From: Lentisphaeria bacterium
GTDB lineage: Bacteria > Verrucomicrobiota > Lentisphaeria > Victivallales > Victivallaceae
Reading direction: 5' to 3'
Length of the DNA: 64,000 nucleotides
Assembly (NCBI GenBank): GCA_017450705.1
Contig: JAFSTC010000092.1
Location: forward strand, 1,676-65,675
A model generated the notes under the pieces. It saw only the letters and a list, made by a program, of their open reading frames with translations. It ran no database searches and was not told where the DNA came from. The stretch's first letter is position 1; each line of letters starts with the position of its first letter. Of this stretch, positions 55,686-64,000 are shown piece after piece. The position numbers were made by a program, and so were the translations under genes.

Positions 55686-58484
55686 TCATTCGATTTCCAG
55701 CAGCCATGTGTGAGGCTGATCCGCTTTCAGGGTGAAGGTTTTCGCGTCCCTTGCGACGACTTCTCCCGTGAAGCAGTCCGTGACCTTTGCGGCCTTTTTC
55801 TTCAGCGTCACCGTGACGGTCCCCTTTTGGCTCAGATATCCCTTCATGATCCGGCTCTCGGGAGGGACGTTGGCGTTTTTGCCGCTGAATATCTGCAGAA
55901 GACGGGAGTTGCTGCGGACGTAAAATCCCGGTTCCGTCCAAGCGTGACATCCCGCCGCCTTGAGAAGATCCGCCCAGATCCCGGGATCGTTGACGGGCAG
56001 TCCCGAAAAGACGGCGACGGAGCCGTCCGGCAGACGCTTCCGCACCAGCGCGGGTGTTTTGCCGTCGGCATAGACGCCGAGTTTCTCCGCATCGGGATCG
56101 GCGCAGAACACCCGGGGCGACTCCGTGTAGTCCGAGGGGACGGCAAAGGGTTTGATCTGTCTCCCGTCCTCAAGACAGATCGCGAAACCCTTCTGCCCGG
56201 TCGTGAAATCAAGTCCGATCCCCGTCAGTTTCTTCATCGATCCCGCGCCGCAGCCCTCTTCGGCCAGAAGACCGGGCGCGTAGTTCCAGATGGCAGTGAC
56301 GCCCGGCTTGCGGATTTTTTTCAGCAGAGCTTCCCGCCGTTCCGGCGTGATCTGGTAGAGATTCAGCAGGATCACCGCTTTGTAATCGCGGGAGGAATCA
56401 ACGTAGTCCCCGAGTTCGAACAGATCATAGCCGTACCCCGACAAGTTCAGCGTCTGCAGGGGGAAGGTGGAAAGCTGATTCGAGAAGCGCAGCGACTTCT
56501 GGTAGATGGGATGTCCCTGTTTCCACGCCTGATCCTCGATCATCACCACGGCGACGTCGTTGTTCCACTCCGGCGGTTCCGCATACAGGCGGCGCCACAG
56601 GGCGATGCCTTTCGCCATGGATTCGAGCGCCTCCGGACAGTTGAACCATCTGGTCTTCTTGCCGAAGTCCACGGCGTGATATGAGGCGCCGCAGAAGAAA
56701 CTGTTGCCGATGACTTTTTGGAAGGTCGACCGGGTCTCCTCCGGAGTCTTGCAGCGCCAGCGTTCGTCGGCTTCCCCTTTGCCCGTGTGGGGCCTGATGT
56801 CGCACTCGATGCTGGAGAGTTTGCCATAGCGGTGGAACGCACTGAAAAGATGCCTCGTGAGTCCGTCGGTCAGATTGTACCCTCTTGTCGTCGCCCAGAG
56901 GAAATCGATCCACTTCGACTTCAGCACCGGTTCCGCGTTGGCCGTGGAACCTTCCGGCTCATAACCGAGGATCACGTAACCGTACCAGCTGCCGGCGAGG
57001 CGGCCCGGCAGAAAAGTTTTGACGGCCTTGCCCATGCTGATCATGTAGTCGGCGAACTCCTTGTGATAGGATTCGTAGTAGTCGCTGACCCTGCGGTCGC
57101 GGGGATCGCCGGGGTCTTTCAGGTAACGGCCCGCCCCGTGACGCTGTTCCTTGTCGGGGACCGCCGCCGTGCCGAGGGTGACCCGGGGGTCGTTCCACGA
57201 CTTCTGAAGGTTTTGGTCGGTGCCGTATTTTACTTTCAGGTGACGGCGGAACGCCTCGGTCATCCGTTTCCCCGTATCGGGCATGCAGTGGCATCCCCAG
57301 GGCATGCCGTCGTAGGAGGCGCCGTAGGCGACCTTCACTCCGATGACCCGGCGGCCCCAGGTTTTTTTGCGGACGAAATTCCCCAGCTGCCGGATCATGT
57401 CTGCCGTTTCGTCGCGGAACGCCTGCGAGGCGAAGGAGGGCGCCGGCGGGTTCGCGAAGTAGTCGTAGGGATTCCTCCCGTCGCTTTTCACGGCGAATCC
57501 CACAAGTTCGTCGGGATTTTTCCTCAGCCATGCGTTGGGCGGCGTCCCGCCGGTGGAGATGATGAAATAAGCGTTGGGATCGATGGAGAGGATGTGGCGG
57601 ATCCCGACGTCGAGTTCTTCGAAATCATAGGTCCCGAGCCCGGTGTGGAAGGCGTCGATGACGAATCCCAGACAGTAGATCCCGATCCCCGCTTTGGCGG
57701 CCTGTGCGATCAGGGCGTCCTGCGCCGGGATCGAATTGATCTGCAGCGAACTCAAGGTGTGGGGCGGGATCACCCGGCCGTTGACCCGGATCCCGGGGAT
57801 CCTCCCGCGGTAGACGATCTTGCACTCCGGATCGGCCGGTTCCCGCAGCAGCCGCGCTTCGGGATAGCCCCGGCTGCTTTCGCGCAGGTAATTTCGGTAC
57901 TCCTCCTTCGTGCAGTAGATCCGGGCGATGCTGCCGAAGCGGCTCCAGGGCAGAGAGAGGACATCCCCCTGTTCCCAGGCCGGGAGCCAGCCGGAACTGT
58001 CGAACTCCGCCGTATTCCAGCCGGGAGCTTCACGGCCCGACGCCTTGAACTGTTTTCCCGAACTCGCAAGAGGAATGACTTTGCCGTTTTCGAGGACGAT
58101 CTCTCCGCGCAGCATCAGCCCGAAGCACCCCTTTTTGTTGCGTCCGAGCTTGAAGGCAAGAACATTTTTTCCCGGCTTCAGCAGTTTCGAAAATTCGACT
58201 CCCACGCCCTTGACGTGGCCGCGGTATTTCCGCAGGGGTTCCCAGAAATGCAGTTCCAGCGGCTTCCCGTTGAGAAACGCTTCGCAGCGTTTGTCGGCCC
58301 AAGTGTGGAAATAAGCCCGTTTCACGGGAGAATCGATGGAGAACTCGCATCGCAGATAGGCCGTCACCGGGGGATCGCTTTGGGGCTGACTCCACAGCCA
58401 CTGGGCCTCGGATACGGATTTTGCCCGGAGACTTGCGCCGCTCCAAAGAGAAAACAGCAGCAGCAGAACGAACGTCTTTCTCAT
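55686..58484 (-). CDS. Secreted 932-aa glycoside-hydrolase-like protein: N-terminal galactose-binding/rhamnosidase-N-like jelly roll + GH42-like (beta-galactosidase-type) TIM barrel and trimerisation-like domain
   Basis: Signal peptide [22 protein letters not shown]-terminus AQWLWS...YLRCEFS...FLNGKPL...[10 protein letters not shown]. The middle region is [29 protein letters not shown], followed by [34 protein letters not shown]. Confidence 0.72.
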   Translation of the reverse strand: MRKTFVLLLLFSLWSGASLRAKSVSEAQWLWSQPQSDPPVTAYLRCEFSIDSPVKRAYFHTWADKRCEAFLNGKPLELHFWEPLRKYRGHVKGVGVEFSKLLKPGKNVLAFKLGRNKKGCFGLMLRGEIVLENGKVIPLASSGKQFKASGREAPGWNTAEFDSSGWLPAWEQGDVLSLPWSRFGSIARIYCTKEEYRNYLRESSRGYPEARLLREPADPECKIVYRGRIPGIRVNGRVIPPHTLSSLQINSIPAQDALIAQAAKAGIGIYCLGFVIDAFHTGLGTYDFEELDVGIRHILSIDPNAYFIISTGGTPPNAWLRKNPDELVGFAVKSDGRNPYDYFANPPAPSFASQAFRDETADMIRQLGNFVRKKTWGRRVIGVKVAYGASYDGMPWGCHCMPDTGKRMTEAFRRHLKVKYGTDQNLQKSWNDPRVTLGTAAVPDKEQRHGAGRYLKDPGDPRDRRVSDYYESYHKEFADYMISMGKAVKTFLPGRLAGSWYGYVILGYEPEGSTANAEPVLKSKWIDFLWATTRGYNLTDGLTRHLFSAFHRYGKLSSIECDIRPHTGKGEADERWRCKTPEETRSTFQKVIGNSFFCGASYHAVDFGKKTRWFNCPEALESMAKGIALWRRLYAEPPEWNNDVAVVMIEDQAWKQGHPIYQKSLRFSNQLSTFPLQTLNLSGYGYDLFELGDYVDSSRDYKAVILLNLYQITPERREALLKKIRKPGVTAIWNYAPGLLAEEGCGAGSMKKLTGIGLDFTTGQKGFAICLEDGRQIKPFAVPSDYTESPRVFCADPDAEKLGVYADGKTPALVRKRLPDGSVAVFSGLPVNDPGIWADLLKAAGCHAWTEPGFYVRSNSRLLQIFSGKNANVPPESRIMKGYLSQKGTVTVTLKKKAAKVTDCFTGEVVARDAKTFTLKADQPHTWLLEIE

Positions 58485-58805
58485 GGGAATGCTCCTTAAA
58501 ATATGCGGTTGTCGCTTTTTCTCCCGCAGACCGATTTCAAAAGTCCATGAAAAGGATCCTCCGGGCTTTTGAATCCGTCTCCTCCCTTTACTTTACTTTA
58601 CTTGAAATAATTCTCTTCGGCAATGACCGGTTTTCTCTTTTTGCAACCTGTTTTCTCAAATGAAATCAATTTTACCGACTTCCGCCGGGGACGTTTTTCC
58701 GGATGCTTCCGAATTTCCGTCCCCCCCCGCCGCTCCGATGTAAAAACTTGCAAAGTCGCTCTAACCCGGCTATATTTTAATATAGCGTATTTAAGCGATA
58801 TTGAA

Positions 58806-58849
58806 ATGTCGATTGTTTCAAAAAAAGATGTCGATTCTTGCAAAAAAGG
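58806..58849 (+). repeat. 22-nt tandem duplication at the 5' end of the AraC gene, each unit starting with ATG
   Basis: ATGTCGATTGTTTCAAAAAAAG / ATGTCGATTCTTGCAAAAAAGG match at 19 of 22 positions. Confidence 0.85.
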
Positions 58850-59655
58850 CGCAGCTTCCCAAGCCTGACTACAGGGAAGACATCACCGGCTTCAGATGGA
58901 TGTCCCGGCCGGAGATCCAGCTCATCAAGTACAATATCGATCTCCACGTGACGCACTGGAACGTTCCCGAGAAGCGGAACAACCCCTTTTTCTACTGCTA
59001 CTGGAACAAGACGCCGGGGGCGGAGATCCATGCGGGCGGCAAGGTCTGGCCGCTTTCGCCGGACTCCATCATGCTGATCCCGCCGAATCTGGAGCACAGT
59101 CCCGTCCTGACGGCTCCCTTCAACCACAGTTTCATCCACTTCATCGCGCTGCCGCCCTTCGATTCGCTGAACAGCATCGAACTTGTTCCGGCCGAAAGAC
59201 ACGCCCGCCTTTTCAGAAGATATGAGAGCGAAGCCAAGACGTCACTTGCGCTCTATGCGCTGATTTTCGGTCTGCTGCTGGAGATTCCGGAAGAGCGTTT
59301 CTGCCGCCGTCAGATCGGAGACGAACGCATTTTCCACGCCTGCCGGCTGCTCTCCCTCTGCCGCGGTCAGGAGCCGTCGCTGAAGGATCTGGCCCGCAAA
59401 CTCAATATGTCCGTGAGCAGTTTATGCCACCTTTTCAAGCGCGAGACGGGGGTCTCCCCCATCCGCTACGCCATGGAACGGCGGCTGGAAAAGGCCCTGA
59501 TGCTCCTCGCGGATCGGCACGTCTCCATTTCGGACATCGCCGGGGAGACGGGTTTTTCGGACCGCTACCATTTTTCCAAAGCCTTCAAGGCCCGTTACGG
59601 CAAGACGCCGGTCCAGATGCGGAGGACCCTTGCGGCCCCCCTTCTTCCGGAGTGA
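58828..59655 (+). CDS. AraC family transcriptional regulator
   Basis: HTH LKDLARKLNMSVSSLCHLFKRETGVSPIRYAMERRLEKALMLL...IAGETGFSDRYHFSKAFKARYGKTPVQMRR. ATG at 58828 was chosen; the track start at 58801 is TTG. It is divergent from the 58484 operon. Confidence 0.85.
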   Translation: MSILAKKAQLPKPDYREDITGFRWMSRPEIQLIKYNIDLHVTHWNVPEKRNNPFFYCYWNKTPGAEIHAGGKVWPLSPDSIMLIPPNLEHSPVLTAPFNHSFIHFIALPPFDSLNSIELVPAERHARLFRRYESEAKTSLALYALIFGLLLEIPEERFCRRQIGDERIFHACRLLSLCRGQEPSLKDLARKLNMSVSSLCHLFKRETGVSPIRYAMERRLEKALMLLADRHVSISDIAGETGFSDRYHFSKAFKARYGKTPVQMRRTLAAPLLPE

Positions 59656-59686
59656 GCTTTTTCCGCCGGCTCCGCGCCGGGGCCGG

Positions 59687-61399
59687 TCAGTAGACGTCTT
59701 TGACGTCGACGACGTTGAGCTGGGGGGTCTCCTGGTTCATGTGACGGTTGATCTGGGGCGTGGCCAGCACGTCCAGCAGTTTGTCGTGGAACTGGGAGAC
59801 GGGGCGGTTGAAGGCGATGAAGTCGATCTGGCCCATGCGTCCGGCGAAGGTCCCGCGGGTGTGGGTGCCGCCGCCGACGGGGGAACAGCGGACGACCCGC
59901 AGTTCGTTGAAGCGGTAGACCGGTTTCGGGTTGCTGTGGCCGAAAGGCGAGAGCTTGGCCAGGTACTCGAAGAATACCGGGGAGAGCTCGTGGATCTCGG
60001 CTTCGCCGTCGTAGGAGATGAAGCTTTCGAGGTCCTCCGGGGAGACCCGGGAGCGGATCTCCTTGTCCATGGCGTCGAAGAAGGCGGCGATGTTCTCGAC
60101 CTTGAGGCCGATGCCCACGGCCATGGGGTGGCCGCCGTAGCGCTCCAGAAGGTGGGAGGACTTGCTCAGCACATCCACCAGATTGAGGCACGCGACGCTG
60201 CGGCCGGAGCCGTAGGCCTCGTCGCCCTGGATGGTGAGAACGATGGTGGGGCGGTTGTAGTCCCGGGCCAAGCGCGAGGCGACGATGCCGATGACGCCCT
60301 GATGCCAGTCCCTTCCGGCCACCAGCAGGGCGTAGGGGCTTTGCCAGGCCAGGTTCCGTTCTATCTGCTCGCAGGCCTCCTGATAGATCTCCTGTTCCTT
60401 TTCCTGACGGATGCGGTTGAAGGACTCCAGCTGCGAGGCGCAGTTGTAGGCGTCCACGATGTGTTCGGACTCCAGAAGCTGGAGCGCCACGTTGGCGTCG
60501 CCCACCCGCCCGGCGGCGTTGATCCGGGGGGCCATGCGGAAAGTGATGTCCGAGGGAGAGAGTTCCGCGCGGAGCTTGGAGCTTTCGATCAGGGCGCGGA
60601 CGCCGGGGCGCAGCTGGCGGCGCAGGGCCTCGATGCCGAATTTGACCATGATGCGGTTTTCGCTCTGCAGAGGAACGATGTCCGCCACGGTGCCGAGGGC
60701 CACGTAGTCCAGGACCTCCTCCAGACGGGTCTGGAAGCCGCCGATGTTATTTTCCCTGCCGTACTTGATGAAGGCGTGGGAGAGTTTGAAGGCGACGCCC
60801 GCGCCGGAGAGGACCTGAAGATCCTCCAGATCGGGATAGACTTTGGGATTGATGACCGCGAGGGCTTCGGGCAGATCGGTCCCGGCCTCGTGGTGGTCGG
60901 TGATGATGACGTCGATGCCCCGTTCCACGGCTACGGTCACGGCGTCGCAGCTGGTGATGCCGCAGTCCACGGTGACGAGGACGCCGCAGGGCCCGAAGGC
61001 GTCGAGGGCCTTGGTGAGGGATTCCGGCGTGAAGCCGTAGCCGTCGTCGAACCTGTGGGGGATGAAGGAGTGGACGATCCCGCCGTTCTGCCGGAGCACG
61101 AAGGCCAGCAGGGCGCTGGCGGTGATGCCGTCGGTGTCGTAATCCCCGTGGATGAGGATCGGTTCCCGGTCCGCAATGGCCTTCCAAAGGCGCGCGCAGG
61201 CCTCCCGGATCCCCGGGAAGCGGTAGGGGTCGGTAAGGTTGCCCAGCTTCGGCGCGAGGAAGTCCCCGATGTCCTTGATGTCGATACCCCGGGCGGAAAA
61301 ATAAACAGCTGTCAGACGCGGCAGACCCAGTTCTGTCTGCATCCTTCTGATCTCATCTGTCTTTTCAACCCCGGCCGGTTTCCAGTTTTTAGCACCCAT
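59687..61399 (-). CDS. recJ: Single-stranded-DNA-specific exonuclease RecJ
   Basis: ILIHGDYDTDGITASALL (DHH motifs I/II), VIITDHHE (DHH), GGHPMAVG (DHHA1). Confidence 0.9.
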   Translation of the reverse strand: MGAKNWKPAGVEKTDEIRRMQTELGLPRLTAVYFSARGIDIKDIGDFLAPKLGNLTDPYRFPGIREACARLWKAIADREPILIHGDYDTDGITASALLAFVLRQNGGIVHSFIPHRFDDGYGFTPESLTKALDAFGPCGVLVTVDCGITSCDAVTVAVERGIDVIITDHHEAGTDLPEALAVINPKVYPDLEDLQVLSGAGVAFKLSHAFIKYGRENNIGGFQTRLEEVLDYVALGTVADIVPLQSENRIMVKFGIEALRRQLRPGVRALIESSKLRAELSPSDITFRMAPRINAAGRVGDANVALQLLESEHIVDAYNCASQLESFNRIRQEKEQEIYQEACEQIERNLAWQSPYALLVAGRDWHQGVIGIVASRLARDYNRPTIVLTIQGDEAYGSGRSVACLNLVDVLSKSSHLLERYGGHPMAVGIGLKVENIAAFFDAMDKEIRSRVSPEDLESFISYDGEAEIHELSPVFFEYLAKLSPFGHSNPKPVYRFNELRVVRCSPVGGGTHTRGTFAGRMGQIDFIAFNRPVSQFHDKLLDVLATPQINRHMNQETPQLNVVDVKDVY

Positions 61400-61561
61400 G
61401 TTTTCTCTTTCGAAATTAAACTCGCTCTATAACATAACCCCGAAAAGTGATTTTCGCCACAGCGGACGGAAAAAATTTGCCGATTTTCCCCTTCTCCGGG
61501 GCGAAAAATGCGTGAAAAGGGTGTATAATAGGGAGCGAAACGGAACGGAAAGGAAAAAACG

Positions 61562-62371
61562 ATGAAGGATCTGCGGAAGCTTTTTTCGTACCCGGGACCG
61601 GGGACGGGCGTCTCGCTGCACAACCACAGCACATGGAGCGACGGCGCTTCGACGGCGGAGGAGATGTGCCGCGCCGCCAAAGCCGCGAAAATAAGGGTCT
61701 TCGGCCTCTCGGACCACTGGGTCGTCCACCCCGATCGTAAGCTCATGCCCGTTCCGTGGAGCGTCGCTCCCGACCGGCTGGACGCCTATTTCGGGGAGCT
61801 GGCAAGGCTCAAGAAGCTCTTCGAGGACGACAGCTTCACGCTGCTCGCGGGGCTCGAGGCGGACTTTTTCTTCGAGAACTTCCGGGAGGTCCTGTCGGCG
61901 CTGGAAAAGTACCCGCTGGACTACCTCGTGGGGTCGGTGCATTACGCCGGGACCTTCCCCGTGGACAACAGCCCCGCGGAGTGGGAGGGCCTGACGGAGG
62001 AGGCGATCTCCTCCATCTGCCGGGAATACTGGGAAAAACTCCTCGGCGCGGCCGAGTGCGGCGCGTTCTCCTTCCTCGGCCACCTGGATCTGCCGAAGAA
62101 GTTCGGTTTCGTCCGTGATCCCGAAGCGTATCTGCCCGCGGCGCGGCGCGTCCTCGACGCGGCGGCGGCGACGGGGACGCCCGTCGAACTCAACACCGCC
62201 GGGTGGTTCAAAGAGTGCCGCGAGCCCTACCCCTCGCCCGCGATCCTGCGGGAGGCCTGTTTGAGGCGTGTTCCCGTCGTCATCAGCGCGGACGCCCACG
62301 CTTCTTCCCACGTGAACAGGAATTTTCCCGAAGCGCAGGCTCTGCTGCGTCAGGCGGGCTATCCCTGCTGA
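61562..62371 (+). CDS. HisJ-family histidinol-phosphatase / PHP domain protein
   Basis: VSLHNHSTWSDG...GLSDHW...GSVHY...LGHLD...ADAH PHP motif series; 269 aa. Confidence 0.82.
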   Translation: MKDLRKLFSYPGPGTGVSLHNHSTWSDGASTAEEMCRAAKAAKIRVFGLSDHWVVHPDRKLMPVPWSVAPDRLDAYFGELARLKKLFEDDSFTLLAGLEADFFFENFREVLSALEKYPLDYLVGSVHYAGTFPVDNSPAEWEGLTEEAISSICREYWEKLLGAAECGAFSFLGHLDLPKKFGFVRDPEAYLPAARRVLDAAAATGTPVELNTAGWFKECREPYPSPAILREACLRRVPVVISADAHASSHVNRNFPEAQALLRQAGYPC

Positions 62372-62372
62372 A

Positions 62373-62762
62373 TCACCCGAAGAGCGAAGGGGTGCGGGGG
62401 AAACCGCTCAGATCGCCCGCCTTGTCTTTCAGCCAGTCGAGGATCATCTGCGTCGCGTATTCTATCTGCGGCTCCGTGAGGGGCCGCCCGGCGGGGATGC
62501 CGTGCCATTTGGCGAGACACCCCCGGCAGCAGACGGCCGCGCCGTGCTGGGCCTTGAAAACGGGGTGGCCGCGCATGGGCGTCTGGCGTCCGTCGGAGGC
62601 GGGAAAGGCCGGGGCGAGCCGCTCCCGGACGATCCTTTCGGCCTGCGATCGGATGACCTCCCAGCCCCTTTCCGCCAGATACGCCCGCTCGCTCTCGCTG
62701 AGTTTGAAGCGGGCGCGGAAGGGCGAGGCGGCAAAGCGCGCCTTCATGTCGGCGTAGGCCAT
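62373..62762 (-). CDS. DUF4186 domain-containing protein
   Basis: SPFRARFKLSESERAYLAERG...RLAPAFPASDGRQTPMRGHPVFKAQHGAAVCCRGCLAKWHGIP matches my recollection of the DUF4186 consensus. True start is the ATG at 62762; the upstream part of the track ORF is low-complexity. Confidence 0.75.
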   Translation of the reverse strand: MAYADMKARFAASPFRARFKLSESERAYLAERGWEVIRSQAERIVRERLAPAFPASDGRQTPMRGHPVFKAQHGAAVCCRGCLAKWHGIPAGRPLTEPQIEYATQMILDWLKDKAGDLSGFPRTPSLFG

Positions 62763-62766
62763 TTTT

Positions 62767-64000
62767 TCACAGCAGTTTGAGCTGGATCGCGTCGTCGGAC
62801 TCGTCGCTCTTGCGTTTGGCTTTGACGGTGCGCCTGGGCAGAGCGGCGATGGCGTCCTGGGGCGAGCCCGGGGTTTTTTCCAGCAGTTCGAGGATGATCC
62901 GGGCGCGTTCGAGGACGGGGGCGGGGACTCCGGCGAGCTTCGCCACGTGGATGCCGTAGCTGCGGTCGCTGGCGCCGGGAACGATCTGGCGCAGGAAGAT
63001 GATGTCCTCTCCGTACTCCCGCACGGCCACGTTGTAGTTGTTGATGCCCCTGCGGGTGGCGGCAAGCTCGGTAAGTTCGTGGTAATGCGTGGCGAACTGG
63101 GTGCGGCAGCGGGGGTCGTCGTGGAGATACTCCGCCACGGACCAGGCGATGGAGAGGCCGTCGAAGGTGCTGGTCCCCCGGCCGATCTCGTCGAGGATCA
63201 CGAGACTGCGGGGCGTGGCGTTGCGCAGGATGTTGGCGGTCTCCACCATCTCCACCATGAAGGTGCTCTGGTTCCGCGAGAGGTCGTCGGCCGCGCCGAT
63301 GCGGGTGAAGATGCGGTCCACCAGCCCGATCTCGGCGTAGGAGGCGGGAATGAAGGAGCCGGTCTGGGCCAGGATGACCAGAAGCGCCGTCTGCCGGATG
63401 TAGGTGGACTTGCCCGCCATGTTGGGCCCGGTGATGAGCATCATGCGGTTGCGGTCGCCGTCGAGGGTGCAGTCGTTGGGGACGAAGGAGCCGGGGGGCA
63501 TGGCGGCCTCGATGACGGGGTGGCGTCCGCCCTTGATGATAAGCCTGTCGTCCTCGAAGATCCGGGGGCGTTGGTAGTGGTTGACCCGGGCGCACTCGGC
63601 GAGGCCCGAGACGGCGTCGATCTCCGCCATGGCGTCGGCGCTGTCCTGGATGGAAGCCGTGAAAGCAAGGGAATACTCCCGCAGTTCGGCAAAGAGTTTC
63701 GCCTCGAGAGCCCGGGAGCGCTCCTCGGCGCCGAGGATCTTGCTCTCGAGCTCCTTGAGTTCCGGGGTGATGAAGCGCTCGGCGTTGACCAAAGTCTGCT
63801 TGCGGATGTAGTCTTCGGGGACGAGGTCGAGATTGGCCTTGCTCACTTCGATGTAGTAGCCGAAGACGGAGTTGAACTTGACCTTGAGGCTTTTGATGCC
63901 GGTGCGTTCGGCCTCGCGCTGCTGGATCTGCGAGAGCCAGCCTTTCCCTTCGGTGGCGGCGCGGCGCAGTTCGTCCAGTTCGGGGGAGTAGCCCTCGCGG
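62767..64000 (-). CDS. mutS: DNA mismatch repair protein MutS, C-terminal part (5' end beyond the right window edge)
   Basis: [15 protein letters not shown] (Walker A), [27 protein letters not shown]. The frame stays open upstream of the track's internal start (GTG = Val in ...[10 protein letters not shown]...). Confidence 0.92.
   Translation of the reverse strand, partial: REGYSPELDELRRAATEGKGWLSQIQQREAERTGIKSLKVKFNSVFGYYIEVSKANLDLVPEDYIRKQTLVNAERFITPELKELESKILGAEERSRALEAKLFAELREYSLAFTASIQDSADAMAEIDAVSGLAECARVNHYQRPRIFEDDRLIIKGGRHPVIEAAMPPGSFVPNDCTLDGDRNRMMLITGPNMAGKSTYIRQTALLVILAQTGSFIPASYAEIGLVDRIFTRIGAADDLSRNQSTFMVEMVETANILRNATPRSLVILDEIGRGTSTFDGLSIAWSVAEYLHDDPRCRTQFATHYHELTELAATRRGINNYNVAVREYGEDIIFLRQIVPGASDRSYGIHVAKLAGVPAPVLERARIILELLEKTPGSPQDAIAALPRRTVKAKRKSDESDDAIQLKLL

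Noticed and set aside
1-64000. Search for tRNA, rRNA, tmRNA, known riboswitch-like leaders, transposases, phage or defence genes
   Set aside because: By eye, no cloverleaf-compatible segments or rRNA-like conserved blocks appear in the intergenic gaps. No DDE, tyrosine or serine recombinase motifs, restriction-modification, toxin-antitoxin or Cas-like proteins appear among the credible ORFs. A covariance-model scan (tRNAscan-SE, Infernal) would be needed to exclude small RNAs formally.

Overview
Visibly GC-rich bacterial chromosomal segment. By inference from gene content it comes from a PVC-superphylum organism (Lentisphaerota/Kiritimatiellota/Verrucomicrobiota-like): it carries five prepilin-type N-terminal-domain proteins of the DUF1559 / H-X9-DG kind, LamG-fused giant glycoside-hydrolase-like proteins, and six AraC regulators plus one LacI regulator. 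Housekeeping anchors are ftsK (left edge, partial), an RND efflux pair, lpxK, an HD protein, a K+/H+ antiporter (middle), and recJ, a HisJ-type PHP phosphatase, DUF4186 and mutS (right edge, partial). Between these anchors lie five glycan-utilisation-type modules. Each combines an AraC regulator, one prepilin-like gene and one or more very large, mostly signal-peptide-bearing carbohydrate-active proteins, often translationally coupled to small secreted proteins of unknown function. A separate LacI-linked NagB-like / PIG-L / Rossmann-like cassette is bracketed by a direct repeat. I found no rRNA, tRNA, CRISPR array, transposase, integrase or phage genes. Many long ORFs in the supplied track are antisense shadow ORFs typical of high-GC DNA and are rejected below. 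All family assignments rest on motifs read by eye; no database search was possible. The ORF track translates alternative start codons (GTG/TTG) as M, so several starts were re-set to ATG codons with better Shine-Dalgarno context.
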